Notes: generated from the sequence alone by a model not told the origin. A DNA stretch of 64,000 nucleotides from an uncultured candidatus Brocadiaceae bacterium (GCA_964510315.1 CAZEAP010000004.1:641-64640), one strand, 5' to 3'. Positions 16,282-26,658 are shown, counted from the first letter of the stretch. Numbers and translations are program-made.

Positions 16282-18276
16282 TTAGAGATCAGCGTCCTGC
16301 ACCAGCAGCAGGTTGCCGAAGGCGCCGGGGTTCCTCTCCTGCCTTTCCCGTCCCGTCCAGCTAAGCCGGATATGCCTCTCACCTTCTTCGTCGAAGCTGA
16401 GCTGCACCAGGTCGAAGCCGATCACGTCCGGCCGCCCGTCGACCTGGGAGAATACTTTCCACGGGATGGCGCAGTCAAGGCGGTAGCCGGTGGCGGTGCG
16501 GCTTGCCTTTGCCTCCACCTCCTCGCTGCTCACCGTCGGTTCCGACCCCTCCTCGCCGGGGTTGACCGTTACGTGCATGACACCCTCTTTGCCGGGCTTG
16601 CCCAGGTCGCGCGGCTCCCGGCCGTCGACGAATATGCGGAGCCCGTCTTTGGCGGGATTGAGCAGGTCGTCGTCGATCTCGGCCCACACGTAGAGGTTGT
16701 CATCGTCCCAGGCGGCCACCCAGTCGAAGCTGTGGCCGTCAAGCTCCTGATCTGAGGTGTGGACGGGATGCAGCGGGGAGGGCACGTGCAGCAGGGGGCC
16801 CGACGGGGCTTCGGCCCCGAGACCATAGTCCTCGGCCCGGGAGGCGGCGGCAACCACGAAGTGCAGGTGTTCCAGCGTGTGGGAACCGTCGAACTCAATC
16901 AGCGCGTCGAGGCTCAGGGTTTCCAGTGGCCTCCTGGCGGTCACCTCCACGTCCTTGTGCCGACGGGCGTAGGGGCCCAGCTCCTCCAGCTCGAACTCGC
17001 CGGCCGAGACCTGCTCCTCCCGGTGCGAGCCGATGCTCACCCTGACGGCCTCCTGTTTCTGGTCGGTGAAGTTCTTCAGGTTGCAGCGGAGCTTCACGTT
17101 GAGCATTCCGGGCTCGGCCGACTCTGCGCCGCGCAGTTCACTCCATCCGGCGACGCTTCCGGCGCGCTCGTCGAGCACCTCGACGGCTTCGCTCAGCCGG
17201 GCGGGTATGTCCAGCTCCTGGGGACACTCCTCCAGGCACTGTCCGCACAGCCGGCAGAGCGCCGCCTTCCCGGCCAGGGACGCGTAACGGCTCCTGGCAT
17301 GGTCGGTCAGGCCGAAGACGCGCTCCAGGTTGAGTATCTCGAAGTTGGCCGGGATGTCCACGCCGGCGGGGCAGGGCATGCAGTAGTTGCAGCCGGTGCA
17401 GTAGAGGCCGGCCAGTTCCTTGCGCTCCTGGATGGCCGCCTCGATGTGCTCGTGCTCCTCCGTGGTCAGCTCTCCGGCTTCCGAGACGGTCCGGGCGTTC
17501 TCCTCGAGCTGCTCCATGGTGGACATGCCGGAGAGGGCGAGGGTGACGTTCTCATTGGATAGCACGAAACGGAGGGCCAGTTCGGGGGTGCTCTCCACGT
17601 CGCCGACCAGTTCGGCGGCTTTCTCGCTGGGGTAGCCCAGCCGTCCGCCGCCCACCGGTCCCATGATCTCCACGCCCATGCCGTGCTCGGCGGCGTAAGT
17701 GATGCCCTCCTCCAGGTGACGGTCCAGCAGGTTGTACTGCAGCAGCACGGACTCGAAAAGGCCGGTGTCCACGCACTTCTTCAGGCTCTCGCAGGAGCCG
17801 TGGAACGAGTGACAGATATGGCCGATAAGGCTCTGCTCCTTTGCCTTCAGCATTTCCTGGTAGAGGCCGTCGTCGCCCGCAACGGCCTTCTCGAACCGCT
17901 CGTAATTCATGCCGTGGAACTTGTAGACATCAATGTAATCGGTGCGGAGACGTTCCAGGGAATCTTCCAGGTTCTTCCACCACCCGTCCTTGTCATCCCT
18001 GTCATAGTGGTGGTTCTTGGTGGAGAGTATGACCTGGTCGCGCACATCCTCCAGTGCCTCGCCGATGACCCTCTGGCTGTCGCCGCCACAGTACATCACG
18101 GCGCTGTCGAAGTAGTTAATGCCCAGCTCCACGGCCCTTTGGAGCATGGGGATGGCTTTTTCTCTGTCCACCTCGTTCTTGGACTTCATGGGGAGGCGCA
18201 TGCATCCGAAGCCCAGCCGCGAAACTTCCAATCCCGTCTTGCCCAGCGTGGCGTACTGCATGGTCACTACCTTCAT
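16282..18276 (-). CDS. Aldo/keto reductase fused to a ferredoxin-like di-cluster Cys domain and a C-terminal CBM9-like/DOMON-like domain
   Basis: The N-terminal ~320 aa are aldo/keto reductase ([26 protein letters not shown]). Residues ~290-350 carry [17 protein letters not shown] and [18 protein letters not shown]. The C-terminal ~170 aa ([20 protein letters not shown] ... [13 protein letters not shown] ... GNLLLV) match the CBM9-like sugar-binding fold. 664 aa. Confidence 0.85.
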   Translation of the reverse strand: MKVVTMQYATLGKTGLEVSRLGFGCMRLPMKSKNEVDREKAIPMLQRAVELGINYFDSAVMYCGGDSQRVIGEALEDVRDQVILSTKNHHYDRDDKDGWWKNLEDSLERLRTDYIDVYKFHGMNYERFEKAVAGDDGLYQEMLKAKEQSLIGHICHSFHGSCESLKKCVDTGLFESVLLQYNLLDRHLEEGITYAAEHGMGVEIMGPVGGGRLGYPSEKAAELVGDVESTPELALRFVLSNENVTLALSGMSTMEQLEENARTVSEAGELTTEEHEHIEAAIQERKELAGLYCTGCNYCMPCPAGVDIPANFEILNLERVFGLTDHARSRYASLAGKAALCRLCGQCLEECPQELDIPARLSEAVEVLDERAGSVAGWSELRGAESAEPGMLNVKLRCNLKNFTDQKQEAVRVSIGSHREEQVSAGEFELEELGPYARRHKDVEVTARRPLETLSLDALIEFDGSHTLEHLHFVVAAASRAEDYGLGAEAPSGPLLHVPSPLHPVHTSDQELDGHSFDWVAAWDDDNLYVWAEIDDDLLNPAKDGLRIFVDGREPRDLGKPGKEGVMHVTVNPGEEGSEPTVSSEEVEAKASRTATGYRLDCAIPWKVFSQVDGRPDVIGFDLVQLSFDEEGERHIRLSWTGRERQERNPGAFGNLLLVQDADL

Positions 18277-18479
18277 TCAGCGAAGTTCAGCTCGTCCGTT
18301 CCGGGGGCGCAGACGGGGCGCAGGAACGCCTCCCGCGCCTCGAATACCGCTCTCGCCCCCACTTTGCACAGTGGCAATCCAACCATTTTAGTGCATGCGC
18401 CCCCGGACCGCAAAAGCGGGATATCCCGGTGGATCAGGCGTCGGGGAAGATCACTTCATCCCCCGCCGTCGGCGCACGC

Positions 18480-19020
18480 CGCGACCCGGTCAGCGATGTC
18501 GCGCACGACCTGCTCCGACACGTGCCAGGTGCTGGAGATGCCCTACGCCGGCGACGACCTGAGCATGGTGATGCTGCTCCCGCGGGAGCGGGGTGGGCTG
18601 AGTGAGTTGGAAGAGAAGCTCAGCGCGCAGCAGCTCGATGCCTGGTCGAAGGAGCTTCGCACCCGCGAAGTCGTCCTCTACGTGCCCCGCTTCAAGATGA
18701 CCGTCTCCTTCGGGCTGGGGGATGCGCTGAAGTCACTGGGCATGGGGGACGCCTTCTCGCTTCCGCCGGCCGACTTCTCGGGGATGACCGGCGAGAAGGA
18801 CCTTTTCATCTCCGCGGTGCTCCACAAGGCGTTCGTGGAAGTAAACGAGGAGGGGACGGAGGCCGCGGCGGCGACGGCGGTCGTGGTGGCCGCTACGGCC
18901 GTCGGGCAGGGGCCGCCGGTTTTCAACGCCGACCACCCGTTCCTGTTCCTCATCCGCGAGAAGCAGACCGGGGCCATCCTGTTCATGGGCCGCGTGGTGA
19001 ATCCGGCGGAGGAAGAGTGA
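18480..19020 (+). pseudogene. Serpin (serine protease inhibitor) C-terminal remnant, lacking the N-terminal ~55% of the fold
   Basis: [18 protein letters not shown], the reactive-centre hinge [17 protein letters not shown], and the C-terminal serpin signature [28 protein letters not shown]. Sequence upstream in frame is not serpin-like, and the space is occupied by the opposite-strand aldo/keto reductase gene. Confidence 0.7.
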
Positions 19021-19042
19021 ACCAGCGCCGACCCGCTCCAAA

Positions 19043-19966
19043 TCAGGCTTCCACTGCGTAGCGGAAGAAGCCGACCTCCTGGAGCGCCTCGCCCAGCGCG
19101 TCCAGTTCCTGCCCCCCCAGAGGTCGGAGCGGCGGGCGGGGTGGGCCACAGTCCAGGCCGATCAGTTTCATCGTCGCCTTGGCGGCCCGAACGCCGCCGA
19201 ACCGGCCGAGCACGGCGATCATCTCGGCCGCCCGATGCTGGTCGGCGCGGGCGGCGGCCAACTCGCCCCTCCCGAAGGCTTCCATCAGGCGCAGGTAAAG
19301 CGGCGCGGCGAAGTTGTAAGTGGCCCCCACAGCGCCCCGCGCCCCCAGCGCCAGCGCCGAGAGGAGAATCTCGTCGCGTCCGAACAGCATGTCGAACCGC
19401 CCCTCTTCGTAGCGCAGGCACCGCCCGTAGTCCATCAGGTCTTCGCAGGTGAACTTCATCCCGGCCAGGGTGGGTATTCTGTCCGCGGCTTCCCGCAGGA
19501 AATCTATCATCGGCAGGTCCACGCCGGTCATCGCGGGGATGTGGTAGTAGTAGAAGGGTGTAGAGGGGGCGGCCGAGGCGGCCCGCTCGCAGAAGTTCAC
19601 CAGGTCCGGCGCCGCCTGCGGTTTGAAGAAGAAAGGGGCCATTGCACCGACGGCGTCGGCACCGATCCGCTCCGCATGCTCGGCCAGGGCGCGGCATTCC
19701 TGCAGGGACGTGTGCCCGGCGTGCACAATAACCGCGAAATCCTCCGGTGTGGCCGCCACCCAGCGTTCGGCGACCGTTCGCCGTTCGTGAGTGCTGAGGG
19801 AAGGGCCTTCGCCGGTGGTTCCGCAGACGAAGGCGCCGCGCACCCCGGCGTCCGCCAGCGCGCCGGCCAGGGGCTCGATGGCGGCCGCGTCCAGCGCGCC
19901 GTCGGAGGAGAGGGGGGTCGGCGGCGCGGCTATCAGGCCCTCCAGATTCGGCGTTTCCATGGTCAC
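19043..19966 (-). CDS. Dihydrodipicolinate synthase / N-acetylneuraminate lyase family class I aldolase
   Basis: GTTGEGPSLS, YYYHIP, and the Schiff-base Lys in AGMKFT. 307 aa TIM-barrel aldolase pattern. Confidence 0.85.
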   Translation of the reverse strand: MTMETPNLEGLIAAPPTPLSSDGALDAAAIEPLAGALADAGVRGAFVCGTTGEGPSLSTHERRTVAERWVAATPEDFAVIVHAGHTSLQECRALAEHAERIGADAVGAMAPFFFKPQAAPDLVNFCERAASAAPSTPFYYYHIPAMTGVDLPMIDFLREAADRIPTLAGMKFTCEDLMDYGRCLRYEEGRFDMLFGRDEILLSALALGARGAVGATYNFAAPLYLRLMEAFGRGELAAARADQHRAAEMIAVLGRFGGVRAAKATMKLIGLDCGPPRPPLRPLGGQELDALGEALQEVGFFRYAVEA

Positions 19967-20076
19967 ACCTCTTGCCCTGAGGTCAATCTTTCGGCGGGCG
20001 GGCTTCAGCGGCCGCCCGTTGATCCTCCAGCATAGCCAGGCGGCCGCGGTTCCACAACGCGAGGGGTGGACAGAAG

Positions 20077-21594
20077 TTACTGCTGGAAGAGGCTTTTGCT
20101 GGAGAAGTTGGGCTCGCTGGTCACGCGGACGCCGAGGCTTTTCAGGCCGGCTTCGTCCCCGGGGGTCGGCATGTGGGTGAGGTGGGCTTCGCAGCCCTCC
20201 AGCTCCTGGAGCTTCTCCATGGCGCGCTGGGCAACCGGGTTGGTGGCGGCACTGATGCTGAGCACGATGAGCGCCTCCTCCAGGTCCAGGCTGGCCGAGC
20301 GGGAGTTGAGGATACTCCGCTTCAACTCGCCGACCGACTCGATGAAGACCGGCGAGAGCAGGTGTATGTCGTCCGGTATACCCGCCAGTTTTTTTATGGC
20401 GTTGAGGATCAGGCTGGAGGAGGCGTGCATGAGGGGGGAGTTCTTACCCGTCAGGATGGAGCCGTCGGACAGTTTGACGGCAGCCCCACAGTAAATGCCC
20501 TTGTGGCCCTTTCCACCGGCTTCGGCCTCGCGGGCGGCCTCCTTGGCCGGTTCGACCACCGCCCGGTCGGAAGGCTCCACGTCCAGCTCATCCATCAGCA
20601 TCGCCGACCTGTCCACGGTTTCCCGGTCGGCCACTCCGAGGGCGTACTCGCAACGATATCGGAAGTTCCTCCGGATCACCTCCTGGCGGGCCGCCTCCCG
20701 GACCACCTCGTCGTCGGTGATGGCGAAGCCCGCGCGATTCACGCCCATGTCGGTTGGCGAGCGGTAGGGCGGTTCGGCACCGGTGATCTTCTCCAGTATG
20801 CGGACCAGCAGGGGGAAGGCCTCCACGTCCCGGTTGTAGTTGACGGCGGTCTCCCCGTAGGCCTCCAGGTGGAAAGGGTCGATCTGGTTGACGTCCTTCA
20901 GGTCGGCCGTGGCGGCCTCGTAAGCCACGTTGACCGGATGCTTCAGGGGGAGGTTCCAGATGGGGAAAGTCTCGAACTTCGCGTAGCCCGACGTCCTTCC
21001 CGCCCTGTGGTCGTGGTACATCTGGCTGAGGCAGGTGGCCATCTTGCCGCTGCCCGGCCCGGGCCCGGTGACGATGACCAGCGGCCTGTCGGCCGGGATG
21101 TACTCGTTGGCCCCGTAGCCCTCCTGGCTGACCACAAGGTCCACGTCGGTCGGGTAGTTCGGCGTGACCCTGTGGGTGAAGACAGGAACGCCGCGGCGCT
21201 CCAGCTTGTTTTTGAAGACCCGCGCGGAGGGCTGGCCCTCGAACCGGGTTATCACCACACCCGCCACGTCGATGCCGGCGGTGCGGAAGTCGTCGATCAG
21301 CCGGAGGGCGTCCACGTCGTAGGTGATCCCGAAGTCCGCCCGCAGTTTCCTACGCTCGATGTCGCCGGCGTAGATGCAGAGGATGGTCTGCGCCTGCTCC
21401 TTCAGCCTCTGCAGGAGCGACATCTTGGCGTTGGGCTCGAAGCCGGGCAGGACCCGTGCGGCGTGGTAATCGAAGACCAGCTTACCGCCGAACTCAAGGT
21501 ACAGCTTGTGGTCGAACCGCTCGACCCGCTCCAGTATTGCCGCGGTCTGCTCCTGGAGATACTTCTCGTTGTCGAAGCCCTGCAAATCTGTCAT
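20077..21594 (-). CDS. DUF1846 (UPF0371) family protein
   Basis: N-terminus FDNEKYLQEQTAAILERV...KLYLEFGGKLVFDYHAARVLPGFEPN and VIVTGPGPGSGKMATCLSQ, characteristic of the UPF0371 family. 505 aa. Confidence 0.85.
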   Translation of the reverse strand: MTDLQGFDNEKYLQEQTAAILERVERFDHKLYLEFGGKLVFDYHAARVLPGFEPNAKMSLLQRLKEQAQTILCIYAGDIERRKLRADFGITYDVDALRLIDDFRTAGIDVAGVVITRFEGQPSARVFKNKLERRGVPVFTHRVTPNYPTDVDLVVSQEGYGANEYIPADRPLVIVTGPGPGSGKMATCLSQMYHDHRAGRTSGYAKFETFPIWNLPLKHPVNVAYEAATADLKDVNQIDPFHLEAYGETAVNYNRDVEAFPLLVRILEKITGAEPPYRSPTDMGVNRAGFAITDDEVVREAARQEVIRRNFRYRCEYALGVADRETVDRSAMLMDELDVEPSDRAVVEPAKEAAREAEAGGKGHKGIYCGAAVKLSDGSILTGKNSPLMHASSSLILNAIKKLAGIPDDIHLLSPVFIESVGELKRSILNSRSASLDLEEALIVLSISAATNPVAQRAMEKLQELEGCEAHLTHMPTPGDEAGLKSLGVRVTSEPNFSSKSLFQQ

Positions 21595-21774
21595 GTGTTT
21601 GGCCGGGGTGCTGGTTAGCCGACGGGGGAAGTTTACAGAGGCGGGCGGACGCCGTCAAGCAGGGCGGACCCTGAGTCATCCCCAGTTTTACAAGCTTCTG
21701 CCCGGCCGGCCGCAAAGGGACCCGTCAGGGCCGGACCAGGATGGCCGTATGCCTTCATCACACGGCCCCTTCTG

Positions 21775-21901
21775 CGCCGGAGGAAAAGTGCTGGGCTGCA
21801 CCGAGATACCGCTGCTGGTGCGTCCCGACGAAGCCCCTCTGCCGACGCCGGACTCCACTCGGCTGCTGGCGCGGGCGGCGGTGGAGGAGGCTCTGCGCTG
21901 A
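21775..21901 (+). pseudogene. Asp/Glu racemase (MurI-like) C-terminal remnant (~40 aa)
   Basis: GKVLGCTEIPLLVRPDEAPLPTPDSTRLLARAAVEEALR* matches the MurI C-terminus (LGCTHFPLL...LP..TRLVDS.AAIARR). Nothing upstream is racemase-like because the DUF1846 gene starts at 21594. Confidence 0.45.
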
Positions 21902-21913
21902 AGGTCCAAGCTG

Positions 21914-22807
21914 TCACGCCCTGGGGTGGGCCTTCGTGTAGACGCGTTTGAGGTGCTCGGGGGAAAGGTGAGTGTAGACCTGGGTGGTGCTCAGGTTCTC
22001 GTGGCCGAGCAGTTCCTGAACCGCGCGCAGGTCGGCGCCGTTGTTGACCATGTGGGTGGCGAAGCTGTGCCGCAGCGAATGAGGGCTGATCTTCGGGTCC
22101 AGGTCCGCCTTCTGCGCGTAGGTTTCCAGTCTCCTGCGCACGCTGCGGGAGGAAAGGCGCACGCCGGTGTTCGCCGTGATGAAGAGGGCTTCGTGGTCGC
22201 GGCGGGCGGGAGCGTCGTCGCCGTCCTCCGAGAGGTAGCGACGCACGGCGGTGAGGGCACAGCGGCCGGCCGGGACGACCCTCTCCTTTTTGCCTTTGCC
22301 CTCGACGCGGACCAGTCCGCTGTCCAGGTCCAGGTCGTCCCGGTCAAGTGCCACCAGTTCGCCCGCCCGGAGCCCGGCGCCGTAGAGGGTCTCCAGGATG
22401 GCGAGGTCGCGGCGGCCGATCCAGGTAGACGTGTCCGGCTGCGCCAGAAGTCTCTCCATCTCCTTGACAGTGAGGAAGACGGGGAGCTTCTGTTCCCGGC
22501 GGGGCGACCGAAGGGCCGCCATGGGATTGTTGTTCAGAACGCCCGTTTTGGTGAGGTGCTTGTAGAAGGAGCGCACCGCCGCCGCCTTGCGGGCCACTGT
22601 GGAGCGGGCGAGCCCCCGGTTCCGCAGTTCGGCCAGGAAGGCGCGCACGTCGGGCACGCCGGCCTCGCGCAGGTCGGCGCCGCGCTCCTCCAGACACTCC
22701 TCCAGCTCGATGAGGTCGCGGGAGTAGGCCCGGAGGGTGTTCTCAGAGTAGTTCTTCTCGACCGCCAGGCGCCGCAGAAAGTCGTCGATCAGCTCGCTCA
22801 TGGGCAA
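21914..22807 (-). CDS. xerD: Tyrosine site-specific recombinase XerC/XerD
   Basis: N-terminal core-binding domain (LRAYSRDL) and catalytic domain with RHSFATH...LGHENLSTTQVYTHL (the R-H-R-Y tetrad). 297 aa. Confidence 0.9.
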   Translation of the reverse strand: MPMSELIDDFLRRLAVEKNYSENTLRAYSRDLIELEECLEERGADLREAGVPDVRAFLAELRNRGLARSTVARKAAAVRSFYKHLTKTGVLNNNPMAALRSPRREQKLPVFLTVKEMERLLAQPDTSTWIGRRDLAILETLYGAGLRAGELVALDRDDLDLDSGLVRVEGKGKKERVVPAGRCALTAVRRYLSEDGDDAPARRDHEALFITANTGVRLSSRSVRRRLETYAQKADLDPKISPHSLRHSFATHMVNNGADLRAVQELLGHENLSTTQVYTHLSPEHLKRVYTKAHPRA

Positions 22808-22927
22808 TCACCTCAACCGATGGTAGCGAAACCGGTCGGTCAAAGGCAACCCGGGCGCATTTGACACCGAATGCCCCAAACGATACCGTAAAGCCTTCCC
22901 GCGCGCGACGGTTCCTCGGCCCTCTAA

Positions 22928-23956
22928 GTGGAAATTGCAACCGTGGACATTGATTCCCTGGAACCCGGGCAACTCCTGACGGACGAACTCTTCCTGGTGG
23001 CCGAATCGCGCCTGGGAGTGGACAGGCGGGGGCAGAACTACTACAGCCTGAAGCTGAACGCCGAGGGCGGCCGCCAGATCGACGGCAAGGTCTGGGCCGA
23101 CAACATCGCCGGTGAGATCGAACCCGGCTGCGGCCTGGAAGTTCTGGCCAGGGTGGACGAATACCGCGGACAGAAGCAGCTCAACATCCAGCGCTACCAG
23201 GTTCTCTCACCCGACGAGCACGACCTGACCCCCTTCGTCCGCCACACCGAACTCGACGTAGACGAGGCTTTTGAGACGCTGTTCAACTGGGAGGGCGACG
23301 CCCATTCGAACCCCCACCTGAAGCGGCTCATGGACGAGCTGCACGGCAACGCCGGCTTCGCCGCCGCTTTCAAAGAAAGCCCCGCCGCCAGCTTCCATCA
23401 CCACAACTACCAGGGGGGCCTCATCGAGCACACCCTGGAGGTCTGGAAGCTGGCCCGACGCATCTACGAGGTGTACTCGGAGCGGCTGGATCGCGACCTG
23501 CTGCTCTGCGGCGCCGCCGTGCACGACGTGGGCAAGGTCAACTCCTATCAACTGGTCAGCGGGGTCAGCGAGCGCACCGAAACCGGCGAACTGCTGGACC
23601 ACGTGTTCATCAGCGGTTCGATGATCAGCAACCTGTGGGACCGGGTGGTCAAGGAGGCCGCCGCGCCGGAACGGAGCGAGGAGACCGCGCACTACAAGAA
23701 CCTCCTGATGCACATCGTCCTGAGCCACCACGGCAAGATGGAGTGGGGCGCGCCCGTGCTGCCCCGCACGCCCGAGGCCCTGCTGGTCCACTACTGCGAC
23801 GTGATGAGTTCTTCCATGCACAAGGTGTTCGGTGCCATCGAGGGGGCCGCCGAAGGGAAGGCGTGGACCGACGGCGTGTACATCATGGACCAGGCGAGGC
23901 GGCTTCTGGTGCCCAGGGACTTCGGCTTCATCGACTCGGAGCCGCCGGAGGAGTAG
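22928..23956 (+). CDS. YhaM-like 3'-5' exoribonuclease (OB-fold plus HD domain)
   Basis: N-terminal OB-fold-like region, then an HD domain with HHHNYQGGLIEHTLEV and AAVHDVGKV. Confidence 0.7.
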   Translation: MEIATVDIDSLEPGQLLTDELFLVAESRLGVDRRGQNYYSLKLNAEGGRQIDGKVWADNIAGEIEPGCGLEVLARVDEYRGQKQLNIQRYQVLSPDEHDLTPFVRHTELDVDEAFETLFNWEGDAHSNPHLKRLMDELHGNAGFAAAFKESPAASFHHHNYQGGLIEHTLEVWKLARRIYEVYSERLDRDLLLCGAAVHDVGKVNSYQLVSGVSERTETGELLDHVFISGSMISNLWDRVVKEAAAPERSEETAHYKNLLMHIVLSHHGKMEWGAPVLPRTPEALLVHYCDVMSSSMHKVFGAIEGAAEGKAWTDGVYIMDQARRLLVPRDFGFIDSEPPEE

Positions 23957-23959
23957 AAA

Positions 23960-25297
23960 GTGCAGTCCCCCCGCCCCGGCACCGACGCCCTGGACCCTTT
24001 CATTGGGAAGCTCCAGGCCGACCGGGCGAGCGTCGCCGTTGCCGGCCTCGGCTACGTCGGGCTGCCGATGGCCGTCTGCTGTGCCGAAACCTTTCCGAAG
24101 GTCGTCGGCATCGACGTCGACCCCTCCCGCGTGGAGGCCGTAAACCGGGGCAGCTCCTACATCGACGACCTTCCCGACGCGCGGCTGGCGCGCTGCGTCC
24201 AGGAGGGCGCCTTGAGTGCCACGGACGACTACGGCGCCGTCCGGGACAGCGACGTGGTGCTGATCTGCGTGCCGACTCCGCTGAGGAAAACAGGGGAGCC
24301 GGACGTGTCCTTCATCGTCCAGAGCGTGGACGCCGTGGAGGAGCAGATGGGTCCGGGCAAGCTCATCGTGCTGGAGAGCACGACCTATCCGGGGACCACC
24401 GATGAGCTGGTCTGCCCGCGGCTGGAGCGCAACGGCATGGAGGTGGGCAGGGATTTCTGGCTGGCCTTCAGCCCCGAACGCATAGACCCCGGCCCGGCCC
24501 ATCCGGAATTCGACATTCCCGACGTGCCCAAGGTCGTCGGCGGCGTCACTCCCTCCTGCACCAGGGCCGCGGCGGAGTTCTACGCCCGGTTCATCGAAGA
24601 GGTGCTCCCGGTCTCCGGCAGCAAGGTCGCCGAGATGGTGAAGCTCCTGGAGAACACCTACCGGGGCGTCAACGTGGCCATGGTCAACGAACTGGCCCTG
24701 ATGTGCGACAAGCTGGGGGTTGACGTCTGGGAAGTGGTCGACGCCGCGGCAACGAAGCCCTACGGCTTCCAGGCATTCTACCCGGGGCCGGGCCTGGGAG
24801 GGCACTGCATCCCGGTCGACCCGTTCTACCTTGCCTGGAAGGCCCGGCTTCACGGCTTCGAACCCCGGTTCATCGACCTGGCCGGGAGGGTTAACGCCTC
24901 CATGCCGGAATACGTGGTCCGGCGCGTGGCCGACATACTCAACGACGCCGAGAAGGCCCTCCGCGGCTCGACCGTCCACGTGCTGGGGGTGGCCTACAAG
25001 CGGGACGTCTCCGACGTGCGGGAGTCTCCCGCCCTGACCATCATCGACCTGCTGCGCGCGAAGGGGGCGGAGGTCTCCTACACCGACCCGCACGTGCCGC
25101 GTATCCGGCCGGGCGAGGCGGAAGCCCTTGGATCGATTCCGCTGGAGCAATGCGACCTGGCAAGCTTCGACTGCGTTTTGATCGTCACCGACCATTCGGC
25201 TTTTCCCTGGGAGCGCGTCGCCGGGGAAGCCGGGGCGGTCCTGGATACCCGGAACGCCCTGAGGGACTGCGACGGAGACCACATCCACAAGCTCTAA
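23960..25297 (+). CDS. Nucleotide-sugar dehydrogenase (UDP-glucose / UDP-N-acetyl-hexosamine 6-dehydrogenase family)
   Basis: [12 protein letters not shown] Rossmann motif, catalytic GGHCIP, TDHSAF C-terminal domain. 445 aa. Confidence 0.9.
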   Translation: MQSPRPGTDALDPFIGKLQADRASVAVAGLGYVGLPMAVCCAETFPKVVGIDVDPSRVEAVNRGSSYIDDLPDARLARCVQEGALSATDDYGAVRDSDVVLICVPTPLRKTGEPDVSFIVQSVDAVEEQMGPGKLIVLESTTYPGTTDELVCPRLERNGMEVGRDFWLAFSPERIDPGPAHPEFDIPDVPKVVGGVTPSCTRAAAEFYARFIEEVLPVSGSKVAEMVKLLENTYRGVNVAMVNELALMCDKLGVDVWEVVDAAATKPYGFQAFYPGPGLGGHCIPVDPFYLAWKARLHGFEPRFIDLAGRVNASMPEYVVRRVADILNDAEKALRGSTVHVLGVAYKRDVSDVRESPALTIIDLLRAKGAEVSYTDPHVPRIRPGEAEALGSIPLEQCDLASFDCVLIVTDHSAFPWERVAGEAGAVLDTRNALRDCDGDHIHKL

Positions 25298-25320
25298 GGC
25301 CAATCAAAAGGAGAGGCAAC

Positions 25321-26265
25321 GTGTCACAACGCACCGTCATAACCGGAGGAGCGGGGTTCATCGGGTCGCATCTCTGCGACTATTTCGTGGAGCAGGGGCA
25401 CGAGGTCATCTGCCTGGACAGCCTGCTGACCGGCTCGCCCGGCCACATCGAACACCTTTTCGGTAACTCGCACTTTCAGTTTATCAAGCACGACGTCACC
25501 GAATATATCCACGTCGGCGGTCCCGTGGACAACGTGCTGCATTTTGCTTCACCCGCCAGTCCCGTGGACTATCTCGAATACCCCATTGAGACGCTCAAGG
25601 TGGGCGCGATGGGCACCCACAAGACGCTGGGCCTGGCGAAGGCCAAGGGCGCCCGTTTCCTGCTGGCCTCCACCAGCGAATGCTACGGCGACCCCCAGAT
25701 ACATCCCCAGCCGGAGGACTACTGGGGCAACGTCAACCCGGTCGGGCCCCGCGGCGTTTACGACGAGGCCAAGCGCTTCGCCGAAGCACTCACCATGGCC
25801 TATCACCGCTACCACGACGTGAAGACCCGCATCGCGCGCATCTTCAACACCTACGGCCTCCGCATGCGGCTCCGGGACGGGCGGGCGGTGCCCACCTTCT
25901 TCCGGCAGGCCCTCACCGGCGAGGACATCACGGTGTTCGGCGACGGCTCCCAGACCCGAAGCTTCTGCCACGTCAGCGACATGGTCCGCGGCATTCACGC
26001 CCTGCTGGAGGGGGACGACCCCGGCCCGGTGAACCTGGGCAACCCCGACGAGATCACCATCCTCCAGCTCGCGGAGGAGATCCTGGAGCTGACAGACAGC
26101 GACAGCGAGATCGTCTTCAAGCCCCTGCCGAAAAACGACCCCAAAGTTCGCCAGCCGGACATCACCCGGGCGCGGGAAGTCCTCGGCTGGGAACCGGAGG
26201 TCGACCGACTCGAAGGCCTGCGCATGACGCTGCCCTACTTCCGGGAGCGCGTCTCGGAAGACTGA
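25321..26265 (+). CDS. UDP-glucuronate decarboxylase (UDP-xylose synthase) family SDR
   Basis: GTG start after [25 protein letters not shown], and similarity throughout to UXS/ArnA decarboxylases. Immediately downstream of the nucleotide-sugar dehydrogenase. Confidence 0.9.
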   Translation: MSQRTVITGGAGFIGSHLCDYFVEQGHEVICLDSLLTGSPGHIEHLFGNSHFQFIKHDVTEYIHVGGPVDNVLHFASPASPVDYLEYPIETLKVGAMGTHKTLGLAKAKGARFLLASTSECYGDPQIHPQPEDYWGNVNPVGPRGVYDEAKRFAEALTMAYHRYHDVKTRIARIFNTYGLRMRLRDGRAVPTFFRQALTGEDITVFGDGSQTRSFCHVSDMVRGIHALLEGDDPGPVNLGNPDEITILQLAEEILELTDSDSEIVFKPLPKNDPKVRQPDITRAREVLGWEPEVDRLEGLRMTLPYFRERVSED

Positions 26266-26514
26266 GGACGAAGCTTGTCCCCGCGACGGGACACGGGGCG
26301 GCAAACGGGTAACCAAAGGGTGAGAAGAAGCGGCAGGTAGCAACCACGGAGAGCACGGAGGACACGGAGGAAAAAAGAAGGAGGGGATCCAAACTACGGA
26401 ATTCCCCCGAGTACCGGTTCCGAATGTCGCCGGCCGGTGCAACTCGCGTAGCGCGCCCGCGCCCATACCCCGGTAAGAAAGGCCGGCTGCGGACCTTGAG
26501 GGTACGGCGTGGCA

Positions 26515-26567
26515 GAACGGCGAGATGCGTCCGGCGCCTGAAGAGAAGGCGCCTCAGCATGACGGCC
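26515..26567 (+). promoter_or_regulatory. Conserved ~53-bp upstream element (copy A): GC hairpin GGCGCC-N9-GGCGCC followed by TCAGCATGACG
   Basis: About 80% identical to a second copy at 58836-58888, upstream of an unrelated gene. Lies about 95 nt upstream of the 26659 start codon. Contains a short ORF beginning MRPAPEEKAPQHD. Confidence 0.3.
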
Positions 26568-26658
26568 TGGCAGGCGCCGGGCCGATTTGAGCGCCGATGG
26601 ATGCTTTCTACAGAGCAGATTCATAATTCAGACGGAGCACGGGAGGCGGAGGCACGTC

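Noticed and set aside
17683-18480. N-terminal 265 aa of ORF 17683-19020 as part of the serpin
   Set aside because: That portion is the antisense translation of the aldo/keto reductase gene and has no serpin similarity. Only the last ~180 aa (from about 18480) are serpin-like.
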